In this document: positions 1 through 12,684 of the stretch, piece after piece
Layout of the letters: each line of letters starts with the position of its first letter
Position numbering within the stretch: position 1 is the stretch's first letter
Source: Chiloscyllium plagiosum
Taxonomy: Eukaryota
Reading direction: 5' to 3'
NCBI RefSeq assembly: GCF_004010195.1
Contig: NC_057718.1
Span: 32,868,203-32,890,950, forward strand
Length of the DNA stretch: 22,748 nucleotides
Notes under the pieces: model-generated
Told to the model about the DNA's origin: nothing
What the model saw: only the letters and a program-made list of their open reading frames with translations
The model's database searches: none
Program-made: the position numbers and the translations under genes

Positions 1-1766
1 CAGCTACCTAACTCCACATTGTAAATTTCTTTTCCCAAGCCGCTCAGGCTCTCTATCCTTGAACACATTGTTTAAAATGTATGCCTTCCACCAAACATTT
101 GTTTATTCTAACCTCTCTTTATGTAGCTTAAAGAGTCAAATTTTGTTTGATGACACTCCTGAGATGTTCTACTCTATTAAACTGTCCAAACTAAATCTGG
201 CTGTTGTTCTATAGTGTTGACCATACAACATCTCAAGCCAACAAAGAAGGAAGCTGTTGATCTTGGACATAGTCATGCCATTTGACAAAAATGACATATT
301 TGGTTTAACAGTTTTAAGAAGGTGGACACCAAAAGTATGTTAAGGAGACTCACTGGATATTTCCATAAGTTTGTGCTATCTAGAGTTTTAATATGAAAGT
401 CTTCCAAAGTTATTTCTGGAAACAATGTAAAACTACTGCGAAACCACGATAACAGTGATTCCTTCCCCATGTTTTCAAACATTGCCAGCAAATACAGACA
501 GCCATATTTAACATAAGTTTTAACTACGCATAAAGATCCGAAAGCAGGCCATGTCTTAACTAGCTATAATTTGAAGCCATGTGATGCTGGATTGGGCGTC
601 TGGGGCAGAATTATCCTAAATGTATCACAATCAAATATGACCAACCAGTGTGACAATGCTCACCACTACACTGCACTACAGAAAACCATTTTCATAAAGA
701 ACTGGTTAGAAGATTGGTAATATTGGACAAGTCAGCTCCTCGAGTGAGCAGATAGGATAGATCATAAAGAGTTATTTTTGTAGTTTGGTTACCATAGTGG
801 TCAGTCATTGAGCATAGCGACCTGTGGCTACCAACATTCTTTTAACAAAAGAACACAAGTTTATTGCACAAAAAAGAAAAGCAAGGTTATGCAACACAAT
901 TTATAAAGACGTATACAATCTGGTACATAGAAGGCTTACAAGAGAGGGGCAGTCCCAGACTTCATTTTAGGGATGGAAGTGTGGCAACTATCAGTGGGGG
1001 AGGGGGGAGGGGGGGGGCAGGGAAACTTTCAGATAGTGATCGTAACCTGGTGAGATTAAAGATTGTTATGGAAAAAGACAAGGATGAGCTTAAAATCAAA
1101 GTTCTAAACTTGCGAAAAGGTCGATTTTATTAAGATCAGACATGATTTGGCCAAAGTTGTCTGGGAGTGGATACTTTCAGATAAATCGGTGTCAGAACAG
1201 CACGATACATTCAAACATGAAATGGGAAGAGTACAGGGCCAACATGTTCCAATAAAGATAAAGGGTGCAACCAACAAATCCAGTGAGCTTGGGATATGGA
1301 GAGGTATACAGGATTGGATAAAGAGAATGACAGAGGCTGATGACAGCCACCAAAGACTCAAACAGTAAAAACACTGGAGAATACAAAATGTGCATGGGGA
1401 TCTTAAATATATACATTGGGAGAGCTAAAAGTGGGAAATGGAAGGATTACTGCAGATAAAATAAAGGAAAATCCTAGCTTATTTTACAAGTGCATTAACA
1501 ATAAAAGGATAACTAGGGAAACAGTAGTACTCTTAAGGACCACAGTGGAAAATTGTCCATGCATCCAGAAGACATAAGTAAGGTTCTAAACTAATACTTC
1601 CAGTCGGTGTTGATTAGTGAGAGGAATGGTGTGGGTATAGAAATCAGTGAGAACTGTGTTTTAATTAAAAGAAATTACCAAGACAGGAGAAAGGAGGTTG
1701 AGTGATCTGGTGGGCTTAAAAGAAGATAAATCTCCAGGAGCAGATGAAATGTACCGAATTGTTGAG

Positions 1767-1836
1767 TGATGAAGGGCTGTGCCTAAAACTCAGTTGCTGC
1801 CCGACCTGCTTTTTTTTTCCAGCACCACACTTTCAA
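1767..1836 (+). mobile_element. Short decayed Penelope-like pseudo-LTR fragment inserted in CR1
   Basis: TGATGAAGGGCTGTGCCTAAAAC...GCTGCCCGACCTGCT..TTTTCCAGCACCACACTTTC resembles the reverse complement of 22635-22748; it interrupts the CR1 DEMY..LLCEA motif; degenerate 13-bp flanking repeat AATTGTTGAGTGA (1757-1769) / AACTATTGTGTGA (1837-1849), 10/13 identical. Confidence 0.6.
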
Positions 1837-2587
1837 AACTATTGTGTGAGGCAGGGCAGGAAATAACAGAGGCACTGGCAATAATTCTCACTTGCCGTCT
1901 GACCACAGGAAGGGTGCCAGAGAACTGGAGGACAGCCAATGTGGGACCATTATTCAAGAAAGGAGCAAGGGATAAATGAGGAAACTTCAGGCCAGTCAGT
2001 CTAAGCTTAGTGGTGGAAAACTATTGGAAGCAATTCCGAGGGACAGAATTAATCTGCACTTGGTGAGGTAGAGAGATTAATCAAGAATAGCATGGTTTCG
2101 TTAAGGGAAGATCATGTCTGACCAACTTGACTAAATTCTTCAAAGAGATGATTAGGTCTGAAAACGAAGACAATGCACATTACATAATCTACTTGGACTT
2201 CATTAAGACTTTTCATAAGGTTCTGAATGGGAGACTGATAGAAAAAGTGCCAATGGAATCCAAGGAAATTCAGCAAGTCGGGTAGCGGGAAGCAGAGGGT
2301 GAGGTTTGAGGTGTGTTGTGTGTCCGAAAATCTGTGTGAGGGGTTCTGCAGATATCATTACTGGGGCTATTGCTATTTGTGGTACATAAAAATTATTTAG
2401 ACTTGAATATAAAAGAATTGAGTTTGAATCAAAAATTGGTAGCATGGTAAATAGAGAGGAGGATAGCATTAGATTACAGGGGTATATAGACAGGCTGGTC
2501 AGATGGACTGATCAGTGGCAAATAGAATTTAATTCAGATGAGTGTGAGGTGATGCACTTGGGCAGGACAAATAAAGGTAAGGAATAC

Positions 2588-2602
2588 ATGATGATGATGA
2601 TG
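2588..2602 (+). repeat. (ATG)5 microsatellite within CR1
   Basis: Read directly; gives MMMMM in ORF 2444..2713. Confidence 0.9.
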
Positions 2603-4874
2603 AATGGCAGGGCGCTGGGAGATGCTGAGAATCAGCTGGACCTTGGTGTGCATCTCCACTGGTCTCTTAAGGTAGCAGGACAGGTAGATTGTAAAGTAGT
2701 TATGGCGGTATGAGGAATACTTGCCATTATTAGCTGAGAGAGAGTTTAAAAGGTCAGGGAGGTTATGCTGGAATTTTATAAAATGCAGTTTAGGCCACAA
2801 CTAAAATACAGTGCAGTTCTGGAGCCAACAATATGGGAGGGATGTGACAGCATTGGAGAGAGTGCAAAGGAAATTTAGAAGTACATTGACAGGGCTAGAG
2901 AGATTTAGTTATGAAGAGAGACTAGACTGACTTGGAGCAGAGGAGATTGGGGGGGGGGGGGCAGGCATCATGGAGATGATTAAAATTATGAGTATAGACA
3001 GGAAGAAACTTTTCCCCTTGGTGAAGAGATTAATTATCAAAAAAGGCATAGGTTAAGGAAAGGGGCAGGAGGGTTAGAGGGGATGGGAGGAAACATTTTT
3101 CATCTAGGCAACAGTGGGAATCTGAAATACTGCTTGTAAGAGTGGTAGAGGCAGAAACCCTCGTAACATTTATAACATTTTAACTGCCTTGTATGCCTTG
3201 ATATTGCAAGTGCACATGAGCCAAGTGCTGGGAAATGGGATTAGAATAGTTTTGTGGCTGTTTCTGACTGGGGCTGATTTGATGGGCTGAAAGGCCTTTT
3301 CTTGTGCTATAGATCTCTATAACTCTAAAGATCTTTGTAAACAGCAAAGAAAGATTTAATCCTTGACTCAAAATGTGCCTCACAGGCACTCAATCCAAGT
3401 GAAGTGTCACTCCGCTCAGATTTATGATGTTTTTCAGTTAAATGACCCTCCGCAGCATTTTTCCTTGGTCTAGATTAGCCCAAAGACATTTTTTCAGCTT
3501 TAATAGTCTAGATACCCCTTCTAATTCTGACAACCTGGAGAATTCTACCAACTCTCACTCGCTAGAGATTTCGACAAATTAACATCCCCGGTTAGGATGG
3601 CATTTCTTCTGAACTCAACCTACTAGTTGTACCTGGTCAGCTGTTTGTGAAGTTCATAAAACTCAATTGAGTCATTGAAGTTATTTGCTGAATGTTAAGA
3701 ATAAGCTACCCAGGAGTTAAGTTGCACACCTTCTTGGAACTGATGTTTCAACTTACAGTTCAAAAATAACTTTGACCTCTGTTTAAAAAAGTCACCTTCA
3801 CAGAACTGGAAATTAATTTTCATCTTTCTTCCACTTTCGATCCAAGTTCCCAAATAGTTATAAACATTTATCACACAAGTGACTATGAGTCACAGTTGTG
3901 CAACAATCACTCTGTATGGTGTTCGTAATGAAATAAAATAGCCAAAGTTTCTTTCACAAGTGTCACATTAAGGTATTGGGATAGACCACCAATTGGTGAA
4001 AGAGGCAGATTTCCAGGACCATTTTAAAAGTTGGTAAGAAAGATAGACAAGCTTAATTCATTCAATCAATCATCAATGCTTTAGAAAAGCAAGCTTACTG
4101 TTATCAAATTATTGCTGCCTGTGGAAGTAATCAGCTTCTTTGCCCTTTAAGCAATGGGCTTCAATCCATCATCCAATTTTTTTTTTTGAAAAGTGATGCC
4201 TTATTTAGCTTACACTTTCTTTAGATAGCAGCATATCAAACAATCACTTCCGATTTTCTTAACGAAACTGTCCTGTAACTTATTAAAACACCAAGAAAAC
4301 TCAGCACTTGAAGAGTTTACTCAAATTTAACAATTCTCACCTCTCCTTTATAAAGTTCTGTGAAAGCACACAAATATGGGAGGTAAAATTGGTCTTCACC
4401 AGTGGATTTTGAACCAGCTGAATTTATATTTTCCATTCACTTGGAAAATACTGGAAAGATTTTAAACTGCAAACCAAGGAGAACTGACAGCGATACTAAG
4501 AAATGTGCCTCCAAGAAAATGTTTTAACATGACTGAATATTGTTCTGCGTACTGCAGTGGAAAGATGATGGGGTGTGGTGAAAACGAGGTTGCCAATTCT
4601 GACTACTGAGATGGAATAATTTCACTGCAATAAGATCTTTTTAAAATCACGTATAACTTAGTGTCAGTTTGAAACTTTCATTTCAGTATGATTTTCACCA
4701 AAATTCACATTTAAAATGCAACCAGGTACATAATATTTTGTACCAAGACTTCACACTCTGTTAGCAAATGGTACACTGGTCTTTCCTTTGCACTGCTAGT
4801 TTCTGCCAGTCAGGAAGTTAGAGTTTTTCTCTATACATATGCATGTCATTATTAATAATGAGCAGCTGTCTTAC

Positions 4875-4970
4875 AGTGCGACTGCAGTGTAAATGGGGCA
4901 ACTCAATTGCAGATCTTGGCTGTGCTCCCAATAAAGCTTCAGTTACTTTAGAGTACGAGACAGTTGTTGC
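4875..4970 (-). CDS. Candidate host exon (96 nt, phase 0-0): ATTVSYSKVTEALLGAQPRSAIELPHLHCSRT
   Basis: Minus-strand pyrimidine tract ttcctatttttttcacttgcttccattgctcaag|, donor ACT|gtaaga, only one open frame; protein not recognised. Confidence 0.3.
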
Positions 4971-5520
4971 CTTGAGCAATGGAAGCAAGTGAAAAAAATA
5001 GGAATGAAGGATCACACATGCACTCAGAGTTTCAATTCCTTTATACTCCAGCCAAGTACTTTGTTTGTTCAGTTGATTCTGAAATGCAAAGAACATTCTA
5101 ACTGATTTGATTCATGCTGGAATTTGTTCAATAAAACAAAAGGTACAACTACATTTAAAAAAAAAAGAGATTTAAAGGTCAGCTTTAATATTAAAAATAA
5201 TGGTTGATAGCAGATCCTAGACTGGAGCAGTCTTGAGGAAAAGATTTCCAACACATTAAGTCTCTTACCAATCTCTCTTATTGTTAGCCCATGATAAAAG
5301 CCCATAACTGCCAAACATGGAAGTGCACAGTAATTCTAATCCAAGGACCAAGTTTTTCCAACGTATTTACTTCCACTGAGTATCAGCACTTATTTTGAAG
5401 TAGAAATTTAAAATATATGCTTTTGTAATTTACACATCAAAATGTTCAATAGCCTTCTCTTGGATTATTGAATTGAGACCATTTTACGTGAATTAACAAA
5501 AGTTTCAGTCTGAGCATTAC

Positions 5521-5628
5521 ACGGTTTCTTGAAGCATGTACATCTGATTGCACAATCCCTAGTGTTGAAATACTGCAAGAAACTGGAACAATTAAATCTG
5601 CATAAATTCTTGTTCTTGAAGGCGCATC
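5521..5628 (-). CDS. Candidate host exon (108 nt): DAPSRTRIYADLIVPVSCSISTLGIVQSDVHASRNR
   Basis: Acceptor ttttccatgctacagttaacag|, donor CGT|gtaatg; phase-compatible with 4875-4970; not recognised. Confidence 0.2.
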
Positions 5629-6644
5629 CTGTTAACTGTAGCATGGAAAATGTCAGTAGAATTAATTCAAATAGGAAATTAAATAATAGCCATTAATATG
5701 AGGTCTCACCTTTAAAATAGTAAAATCTTAAATCTTACGGCCCAACTCGCTGGCCTTTTGAGCAATTTCAAATTTTCTCCCATCACATAACCCTCTGAAA
5801 CATAAGCTCGCAACTTGACTTACTGCATACTGCAGTCCAGATCGACCAGCTGCCTATGTATTCTGACAAGATGGATTTAATATTTTAACCCCTTTAAAGC
5901 TCAAGACTTGTACACAGGTATGTAAATTTTAACATACATACACAATAAATTACTTCATAGAAATTAATGCGATGGATACAATAGTTTGCTCAAGCATAGA
6001 CATATAATGTTTGCAGTGACAGTAGTAGTCAAATTATTTTTGACACTAAAAGAACTGATGACACTTTTGATTTTAATTCCAGTGCATATTGAAAATCCAT
6101 TCTAATTTATTACGAATTTCATTACTTCACTTAATGTTACTGATACTTTCTTTCAAAGCCACCTGCCTTTAAACTTTTGCCCATTTTTCACCCTTCGTGT
6201 CGCAGAAAATACAATTTTAATGCAGCTTAGTCAACCACAAAGAAGAGAATTCTGACATCACTGTTTTAATTACTACAGGATTTACTAAATTTTCAGTTAC
6301 TTCCAAGAAGCAAACAGTAAAGATTACCATTAGATAGTTTCTTGTGCACAATCCCACAGAGTCACAGATGGATTGTCTACTCCCAGTGGTACACACACAG
6401 ATTTGGTAAACCCAGCAAGCGCCTGAACTTAGATGTACCTTTTCTGTCAATGAATTTCTTTGTAATTCCCAATCCATTACTTTGTTCCCTAATTGCACCT
6501 GAATTTCCTATTTTGCTTTTTTTATTAAAAAGGAATGACTTGTCAGAGCCAGTGTAACTAATTCAAAGCTTTCATAATTTAAGTTTCCAAAATGTCACTT
6601 GAAGTCCCCTTTCCAAAGAAAACAGACTGATTTTCCACATAACT

Positions 6645-7244
6645 CAAAATCATTTGAAGCAGGAGTAGATCTAATCAGTGCATCAAGCCTGCACAAATGA
6701 TTCATTAAGATATTTGTGAATGATCAGACTGTGCACTTTCTGCCCACTTCCATAACTCTCAACTCATTTGTAGATCTAAATTATGTCAGCTGTCAATATA
6801 ATCAATGACCCAGTCTTCACTGCTCTTTGGAAAAGAATTTCCAAGACCAACAAACCCAAAATAAATTCCTTCTAACTTCCATCTTTAAGCAAGACTCATT
6901 TTTAAACTGTGCCCCCACTTCTAAATTGTCTCAGTATTCTCTCAGTATCTAACCCACCACACCCCCACTCAATCTTGTGTTTCAATCTTTTATTCTTCTA
7001 AATCTGCTCAATCTTTCCTCATTAGACAAATCCTTCATTCCCAGAATCAGTCCACTGAACTTTCACCAGACTACATTAAATGCAAGTCTCTACCTGCATA
7101 AGCAAGGAGACCAAATTAGTGCATGTAACCTAGGTGCAGTTTCATAAATACCTTGTACAGTTGTACTAAGACTGGCCCACTTTCATCCTCCAACCCCTTT
7201 GTAATAAAGTCCCACATTATGTTTGCCTTCCCAACGACTCGCTG
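6645..7244 (-). mobile_element. Old CR1 LINE, 3' part (continues at 8491-9659)
   Basis: Degenerate match to the 3' end and C-terminal RT region of the CR1 at 20522-22634 (GCAGGAGTAG..., GGAGACCAAA..., CCTTGTACAGTTG, CCCCTTTGTAATAAAG). Confidence 0.75.
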
Positions 7245-8490
7245 TTAGAGTCATAGAGATGTACAGCACGGAAACAGGCCCTTCGGTTCAACCAGTCCAT
7301 GCCAACCAAATATCCCAACCCAATCTAGTCCCACCTGCCAGCACCCGGCCCATATCCCTCCAAACCCTTCCTATTCATATACCCATCCAAATGCCTCTTA
7401 AATGTTGCAATTGTACCAGCCTCCGGCAGCTCATTCCATACACGTATCACCCTCTGCATGAAAAAGTTGCCCCTTAGGTCTCTTTTATATCTTTCCCCTC
7501 TNNNNNNNNNNNNNNNNNNNNNNNNNNNNNNNNNNNNNNNNNNNNNNNNNNNNNNNNNNNNNNNNNNNNNNNNNNNNNNNNNNNNNNNNNNNNNNNNNNN
7601 NNNNNNNNNNNNNNNNNNNNNNNNNNNNNNNNNNNNNNNNNNNNNNNNNNNNNNNNNNNNNNNNNNNNNNNNNNNNNNNNNNNNNNNNNNNNNNNNNNNN
7701 NNNNNNNNNNNNNNNNNNNNNNNNNNNNNNNNNNNNNNNNNNNNNNNNNNNNNNNNNNNNNNNNNNNNNNNNNNNNNNNNNNNNNNNNNNNNNNNNNNNN
7801 NNNNNNNNNNNNNNNNNNNNNNNNNNNNNNNNNNNNNNNNNNNNNNNNNNNNNNNNNNNNNNNNNNNNNNNNNNNNNNNNNNNNNNNNNNNNNNNNNNNN
7901 NNNNNNNNNNNNNNNNNNNNNNNNNNNNNNNNNNNNNNNNNNNNNNNNNNNNNNNNNNNNNNNNNNNNNNNNNNNNNNNNNNNNNNNNNNNNNNNNNNNN
8001 NNNNNNNNNNNNNNNNNNNNNNNNNNNNNNNNNNCCTCTGTCTTCTACCTTTGAGCCAGTTCTGTATCCAAATGGCTAGTTCTCCCTGTATTCCATGAGA
8101 TCTAACCTTGCTAATCAGTCTCCCATGGGGAACCTTGTTGAACGCCTTACTGAAGTCCATATAGATCACATCTACTGCTCTGCCCTCATCAATCCTCTTT
8201 GTTACTTCTTCAAAAAAACTCAATCAAGTTTGTGAGACATGATTTTCCACGCACAAAGCCATGTTGACTGTCCCAAATCAGTCCTTGTCTTCACAAATAC
8301 ATGTACATCCTGTCCCTCAGGATTCCCTCCAACAACTTGCCCACTGGTCTACAGTTCCCTGGCTTGTCCTTCTTAAACAGTGGCACCATGTTTGCCAACT
8401 TCCAGGTCTTCCGGCACCCCACCTGCGACTATCGATTATACAAGTATCTCAGCATGAGGCCCTGCAATCATTTCTCTTGCTTCCCACAGA
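7245..8490 (-). mobile_element. Younger CR1 (HER1-like) LINE nested in an older CR1; spans an N gap
   Basis: 3' tail TAGAGTCATAGAGATGTACAGCACGGAAACAGGCCCTTCGG (plus-strand view); RT peptide FFEEVTKRIDEGRAVDVIYMDFSKAFNKVPHGRLISKVRSHGIQGELAIWIQNWLKGRRQR. Confidence 0.9.
7502..8034. other. Assembly gap (533 N)
   Basis: N run. Confidence 1.
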
Positions 8491-9659
8491 GTTGTCATGT
8501 TCTCTTGTTCTGATTCACGTACAAGGACACCCAGACCCCTTGTGCACTGCAGCATTCTGCAGTTCTTCCCGTTTAAATGGTATTCTGGTTTTCTATCCTT
8601 TCTGCCAATCGCACAGTTCCCACAGTACGTTCCATCCCCAATTTTGCCCACTCACAATCTATATACCTCTGACGATTCTTCCTCATACCCCATTTTCCCA
8701 CTTTTATTGCACTGTCAGCAAACCTAGCCACATTATTAATGACTCGGATGAAAGGACTGACTACAAAGATTACATATAGTTGAGGCTCAGAACTGCTCCC
8801 TGCAGCACACCAATAGTTACAACTTACCAAGCTGAAAATGATCCATTTCCCCTGACTGTTTGCCATTAGTTATCCATTCCTCTCTCCATGGTAGTGTATC
8901 TCTCCCAACACCATAAGCCCACGCCTCGAACATAACCCTTTATGTGGCACTTTGAGTGCCTCTGGAAATCCAAATACACTACATGCTCCTTGAGCCACCC
9001 ACAGTACAACCTCGAAGACCTCTCTCCAATTCCTGAAACGTTATTTTCCTTTTTCAAAACTATGCCAGCTTTGCCTAATTGCATTACAATTTTCTAAATG
9101 TGCTGCTACTCCCACCTGAATAATGTATCCTAGTATTTTCCTAACAACAAAAGTGATATTAAATGACCTGTAGTTTTATGTTTTGTGGGTCTGGTTTTTT
9201 TGAACAATGGTATTACACTTTCAGTTTTCTAAACTGACGGGAACTTCACAGAATCTAAAATAGAAAATTACACTAATATCTCTGTAGACACATCCTTTAA
9301 GATCCCAACACAAAGGCTGTCAGTCAGCCTTTTGTTCCATTAATCTTCTCCGTACTGTCCATGTAGTTGTGAATTGTTCCTAGTTCCACCCTCCTTTCCA
9401 TTCTCTGCTTTTCTACTATTTGGGGAATATTTTGTGTCTTCCGCGTGTAGACAAATACAAAATAATTGGATAAAGTTTCTGGCATTTTCTTGCTTCCCAT
9501 TAAGTTCCCAGTTTCACACAGTGAAGGCCAATTTTTACTCTAGCAGTCATCTTTTTTTACACATTTATAGAAGCGCTTACTGGGTGTTTTGATATTCATT
9601 GCTAATTTTTTCCTATTTTTGTAAGTGTTCTTCATTGGCTTTGTTTTCCTAATCTTCTA
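8491..9659 (-). mobile_element. Old CR1 LINE, continuation (RT region)
   Basis: Peptides VVYLDFQR, IINNVARFADSAIKVG (decayed FADD) and EYHLNG...RGLGVLV; resumes collinearly from 7244. Confidence 0.8.
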
Positions 9660-10436
9660 TGTTATGATCCCAGCTGATATTATTACTGGACAAGTCAGAT
9701 TCCGACTCAAATCTGGCTTGATAGATTATACGCTGTTTTTATTTTGAACAAGATGGTCTTTCACATGCAATGTTGCAGATTTGATTTTAATAACAAAATA
9801 AGTTTATGACATAAAGGAAATTAAGAATAAAATACAATAATTCAAATTATTCACATATAACACAAGTCTAATGCATTTGAAAAAAAAAAATTGTAAAATA
9901 CAATCTCAGTTACCCATACAACACTCTCACAGTACTCACACCAGAGAGACTTCCTTCCTGTCACATAAATGTATAGGGCTTAGTTAATGATTACTTCAAT
10001 TCCCAGTCTTGAGAGCCTGTTCATATCGGTTTCAACTCTTCAGACAACTGAGCTTAAACCTTGTCATCTTTGAATAACTTGTGGTGTGGAATTTTAAAAT
10101 GAAACTGAGATAATTGATTTGTCACAGTTCTAAACCACCTCCTTTTGCCAGGAAGAATTGTTTTACGTTCAGCTCCAGCCAAAAGTCTTCTGCAAGCTAA
10201 AACCAAAATGGCATTCAAGCTACAAGTGTACTCACCCACCACCACTCTCCAAAATGCAAAAGTGAAATTTGATTCTGGAACCTTCTACCTGAAGCTGAAT
10301 ACCCAGTGGTTTCCTCTTTATGCTCATAAAACTCACCCAATGAAAACAAAACTCCATTACTCTACAGGGAGTCTCTAACACCAATGTTTTAAAGTAAACC
10401 AGCATGACTACAGAAATATACACAAGTTTATCACCA
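9660..10436 (-). mobile_element. Putative solo LTR
   Basis: ~780-bp non-coding block with TG...CA ends (plus strand TGTTATGATCC...TTTATCACCA) that abruptly terminates the old CR1; minus-strand AATAAA at 9738-9743; no clear TSD. Confidence 0.4.
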
Positions 10437-10496
10437 AACCCCAAGTGCCTCTCCTGCCTTGAGCACGCACCCTTAATCCTCCATGTTCAACAGCAT

Positions 10497-11671
10497 CAGG
10501 AGTGGTGAGAGCAAGGACCGGGGGCTGCTGGGAAGGTAAATTAATCTTTTAAAAACTTACCTCATGCATAGGTAGAGCACACATGGGATGGGCTGAGTAA
10601 GTGAATTAATATATTTGAATGGTTGCTTTACACTATTTAGGTAGAGTCTCCCACCTGTCCTCCTCTAACCAAAAAAAAGTTCTATGCACCGGATTGGTAA
10701 GGTTACTAGTTTTATTTTCCAATTGTCTCTTTGGGAATTCAGAACAGTGGGAATGGATGTTAGGGCAGTTCACTGCTCCGTCTGCAGAATGAGAGGGATA
10801 AGAGTCACAACCAGTGTCCCCACTGACATCATCTGTAGGAAGTGCACCCAATTTCAGCTCCTCGGAAACCGCGATAGAAAACTGGAGCTGAAGCAATTTC
10901 TGGTCATTCAGGAGGCTGAGGGAGTAATTGAGAGGAGTTACAGGGAGGTAGTTCACACCTCAGGTACAGAAAAAAGGTAGATGAGTTACAGTCAGGGGAT
11001 GGAAAGGGAACAGGCAGACATTGCAGAGATCCCCTTGTGGCTGTTCCCCTCAATAACAAATTTACTGTTTTGGATACTGTTAGGGGGAGGGGGGAGGGGG
11101 GATTTACCAGGGGTAAGCCATGAGGTACAGGTCTCTAGCACACAATCTGTCCCTGTTGCTCAGAAGGGAAGTGGAAGTGGGGATGGGGGGATTGGGGTGG
11201 GGGAAAGAGGAGTAGAGCATTAGTCATTGGAGACTTCATAGTTAGAGGGACAGATGGGAGGTTCTGGGGGAACGAGAGAGACTCTCAGTTGGTGTATTGC
11301 CTCCTGGGTTCCAGGGTCCATGATGTCACAGATTGTATTTTTGGGATCCTTTAGGGGGAGGGGGGAGCAGCCCCAAGTCGTGATCCACATAGGCACCGAT
11401 GGCATTGGCAGGAAGAGGGATGGGTATGTAAGGCAGAAAGTCAGGGGGCTAGGGTGGAAGCTTAGAGAGCTAGAACAAACAGAATTATCATCTCTGATTT
11501 GTTACCTGTGCCACGTGCTTGCGAGGCGAGGAATAGGGAGAGACAGCAGTTGAACACGTGGCTAGAGGGTGGGATACAGATACCTGGATAATTGGGGCTC
11601 ATTCTGGGGTAGGTGGGACCTCTACGAACTGGATGGTCTACACTCAAACCAGAAGGGTACCAATATCCTGG
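10497..11671 (+). mobile_element. CR1 5' UTR plus decayed ORF1 (zinc-finger/leucine zipper and SGNH esterase)
   Basis: CSVC...CRKC followed by a Leu/Glu-rich helix (ORF 10684..10980); esterase blocks LVIGDFIVRG (GDS changed to GDF), VVIHIGTDGIG and WDLYELDGLHSNQKGTNIL. Confidence 0.85.
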
Positions 11672-12684
11672 GTTGAAGGGTGGGGTTTCATCCTGGAGTT
11701 CAGTTACTAGTGGGGTACTACAAGGATCTGGTTTGGCTCCATTGCTGTTTACCATTTTTATAAATGACCTGGATGAGGGCATAGATGGATGGGTTAGTAA
11801 ATTTGGTGATGATATTAAAGTCGGTGAAGTTGTGGACAGTGCAGAAGGATGTTGCAGGTTACAAAGGGACATAGATAAGCTGCAGAGCTAGGCTGAGAGG
11901 TGGCAAATGGAGTTTAATGCTGAAAAGTGAGAGGTGATTCACTTTTGAAGGAGTAACAGGTATAGAGAGTACTGGGCTAATGGTAAGATTCTTGGTAGTG
12001 TGGTTGAGCAGAGATCTCAGTGTCCATATGCATAGATCCCTGAAACTTACCACAAACTTGATAGGGCTGTTGAGATTGTGTATGGTATGTTAGGTTTTAC
12101 TGGTAGAGGGATTCAGTTTCAGAGCAATGAGATCATGTTGCAGCTGTATAAAGCTCTGGTGCAGACATACTTGGAGTATTGTGTACAGTTCTGGTCGCCG
12201 CATTATTAGGAAGGATGTGAAAGTATTGGAAAGGGTGCAGACGAGATTTATCAGGATGCTGCCTGGTATGAAGAGAAGGTCTTATGAGGCAAGGGTGAGG
12301 GACTTGAGACTGTTTTCATTAGAGAGAAGGAGGTTGAGAGGTGACTTAACAGAGACATGCAAGATGATCAGAGGATGAGATAGAGAGGACAGTGAGAGCC
12401 TTTTTCCTTTTTGGTGATGGCTAGCACGAGGGGACATAGCTATAGATTGAGGGGTGATAGACATAGGGCAGATGTCAGTGGTAGTTTCTTTACTCAGAGT
12501 AGTAAGAGTGTGGTACGCCTGTCTGCAACAGTAGTCAACTTGCCAACTTTAAGGGTATTTAAATGGTCATTGGATAAACATATGGATGATAATGGAATAG
12601 TGTAGGGGCTTCAGATTGGTTTCACAGGTCGGCGCAACATTGAGGGTCAAAGGGCCGGTACTACGCACGGTGTTCTATGTTCCA
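11672..12684 (+). mobile_element. CR1 RT C-terminal half plus 3' UTR
   Basis: SVTSGVLQGSGLAPLLFTIFINDLDEG...SKFGDDIK and LERRRLRGDL; tail GTTCTATGTTCC; flanked by ATCCTGG at 11665-11671 and 12685-12691. Confidence 0.92.

Larger units (their letters stand above)
935..3327 (+). mobile_element. CR1-clade LINE, old and 5'-truncated (APE C-terminus, RT, 3' UTR)
   Basis: Frameshifted ORF2 pieces LSDSDRNLV (APE SDH motif), VPENWRTANVGPLFKKG and LQGYIDRLVRWTDQWQIEFNSDECEVMHLG; the 3' end (GGGCTGAAAGGCCTTTTCTTGTGCT...CTCTATAACTCTA) resembles a CR1 tail; many stops. Confidence 0.9.

Noticed and set aside
995..1023. G-tract clusters with G-quadruplex potential (also ~2949-2961 and 11081-11203)
   Set aside because: Low-complexity expansions inside decayed CR1 with no evidence of function.
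4378..4712. Possible old palindromic MITE
   Set aside because: Terminal inverted match too degenerate and no TSD.
7458..8223. Long ORFs of 198 and 249 aa
   Set aside because: Artefacts of translating through the N gap; the real part is CR1 RT.
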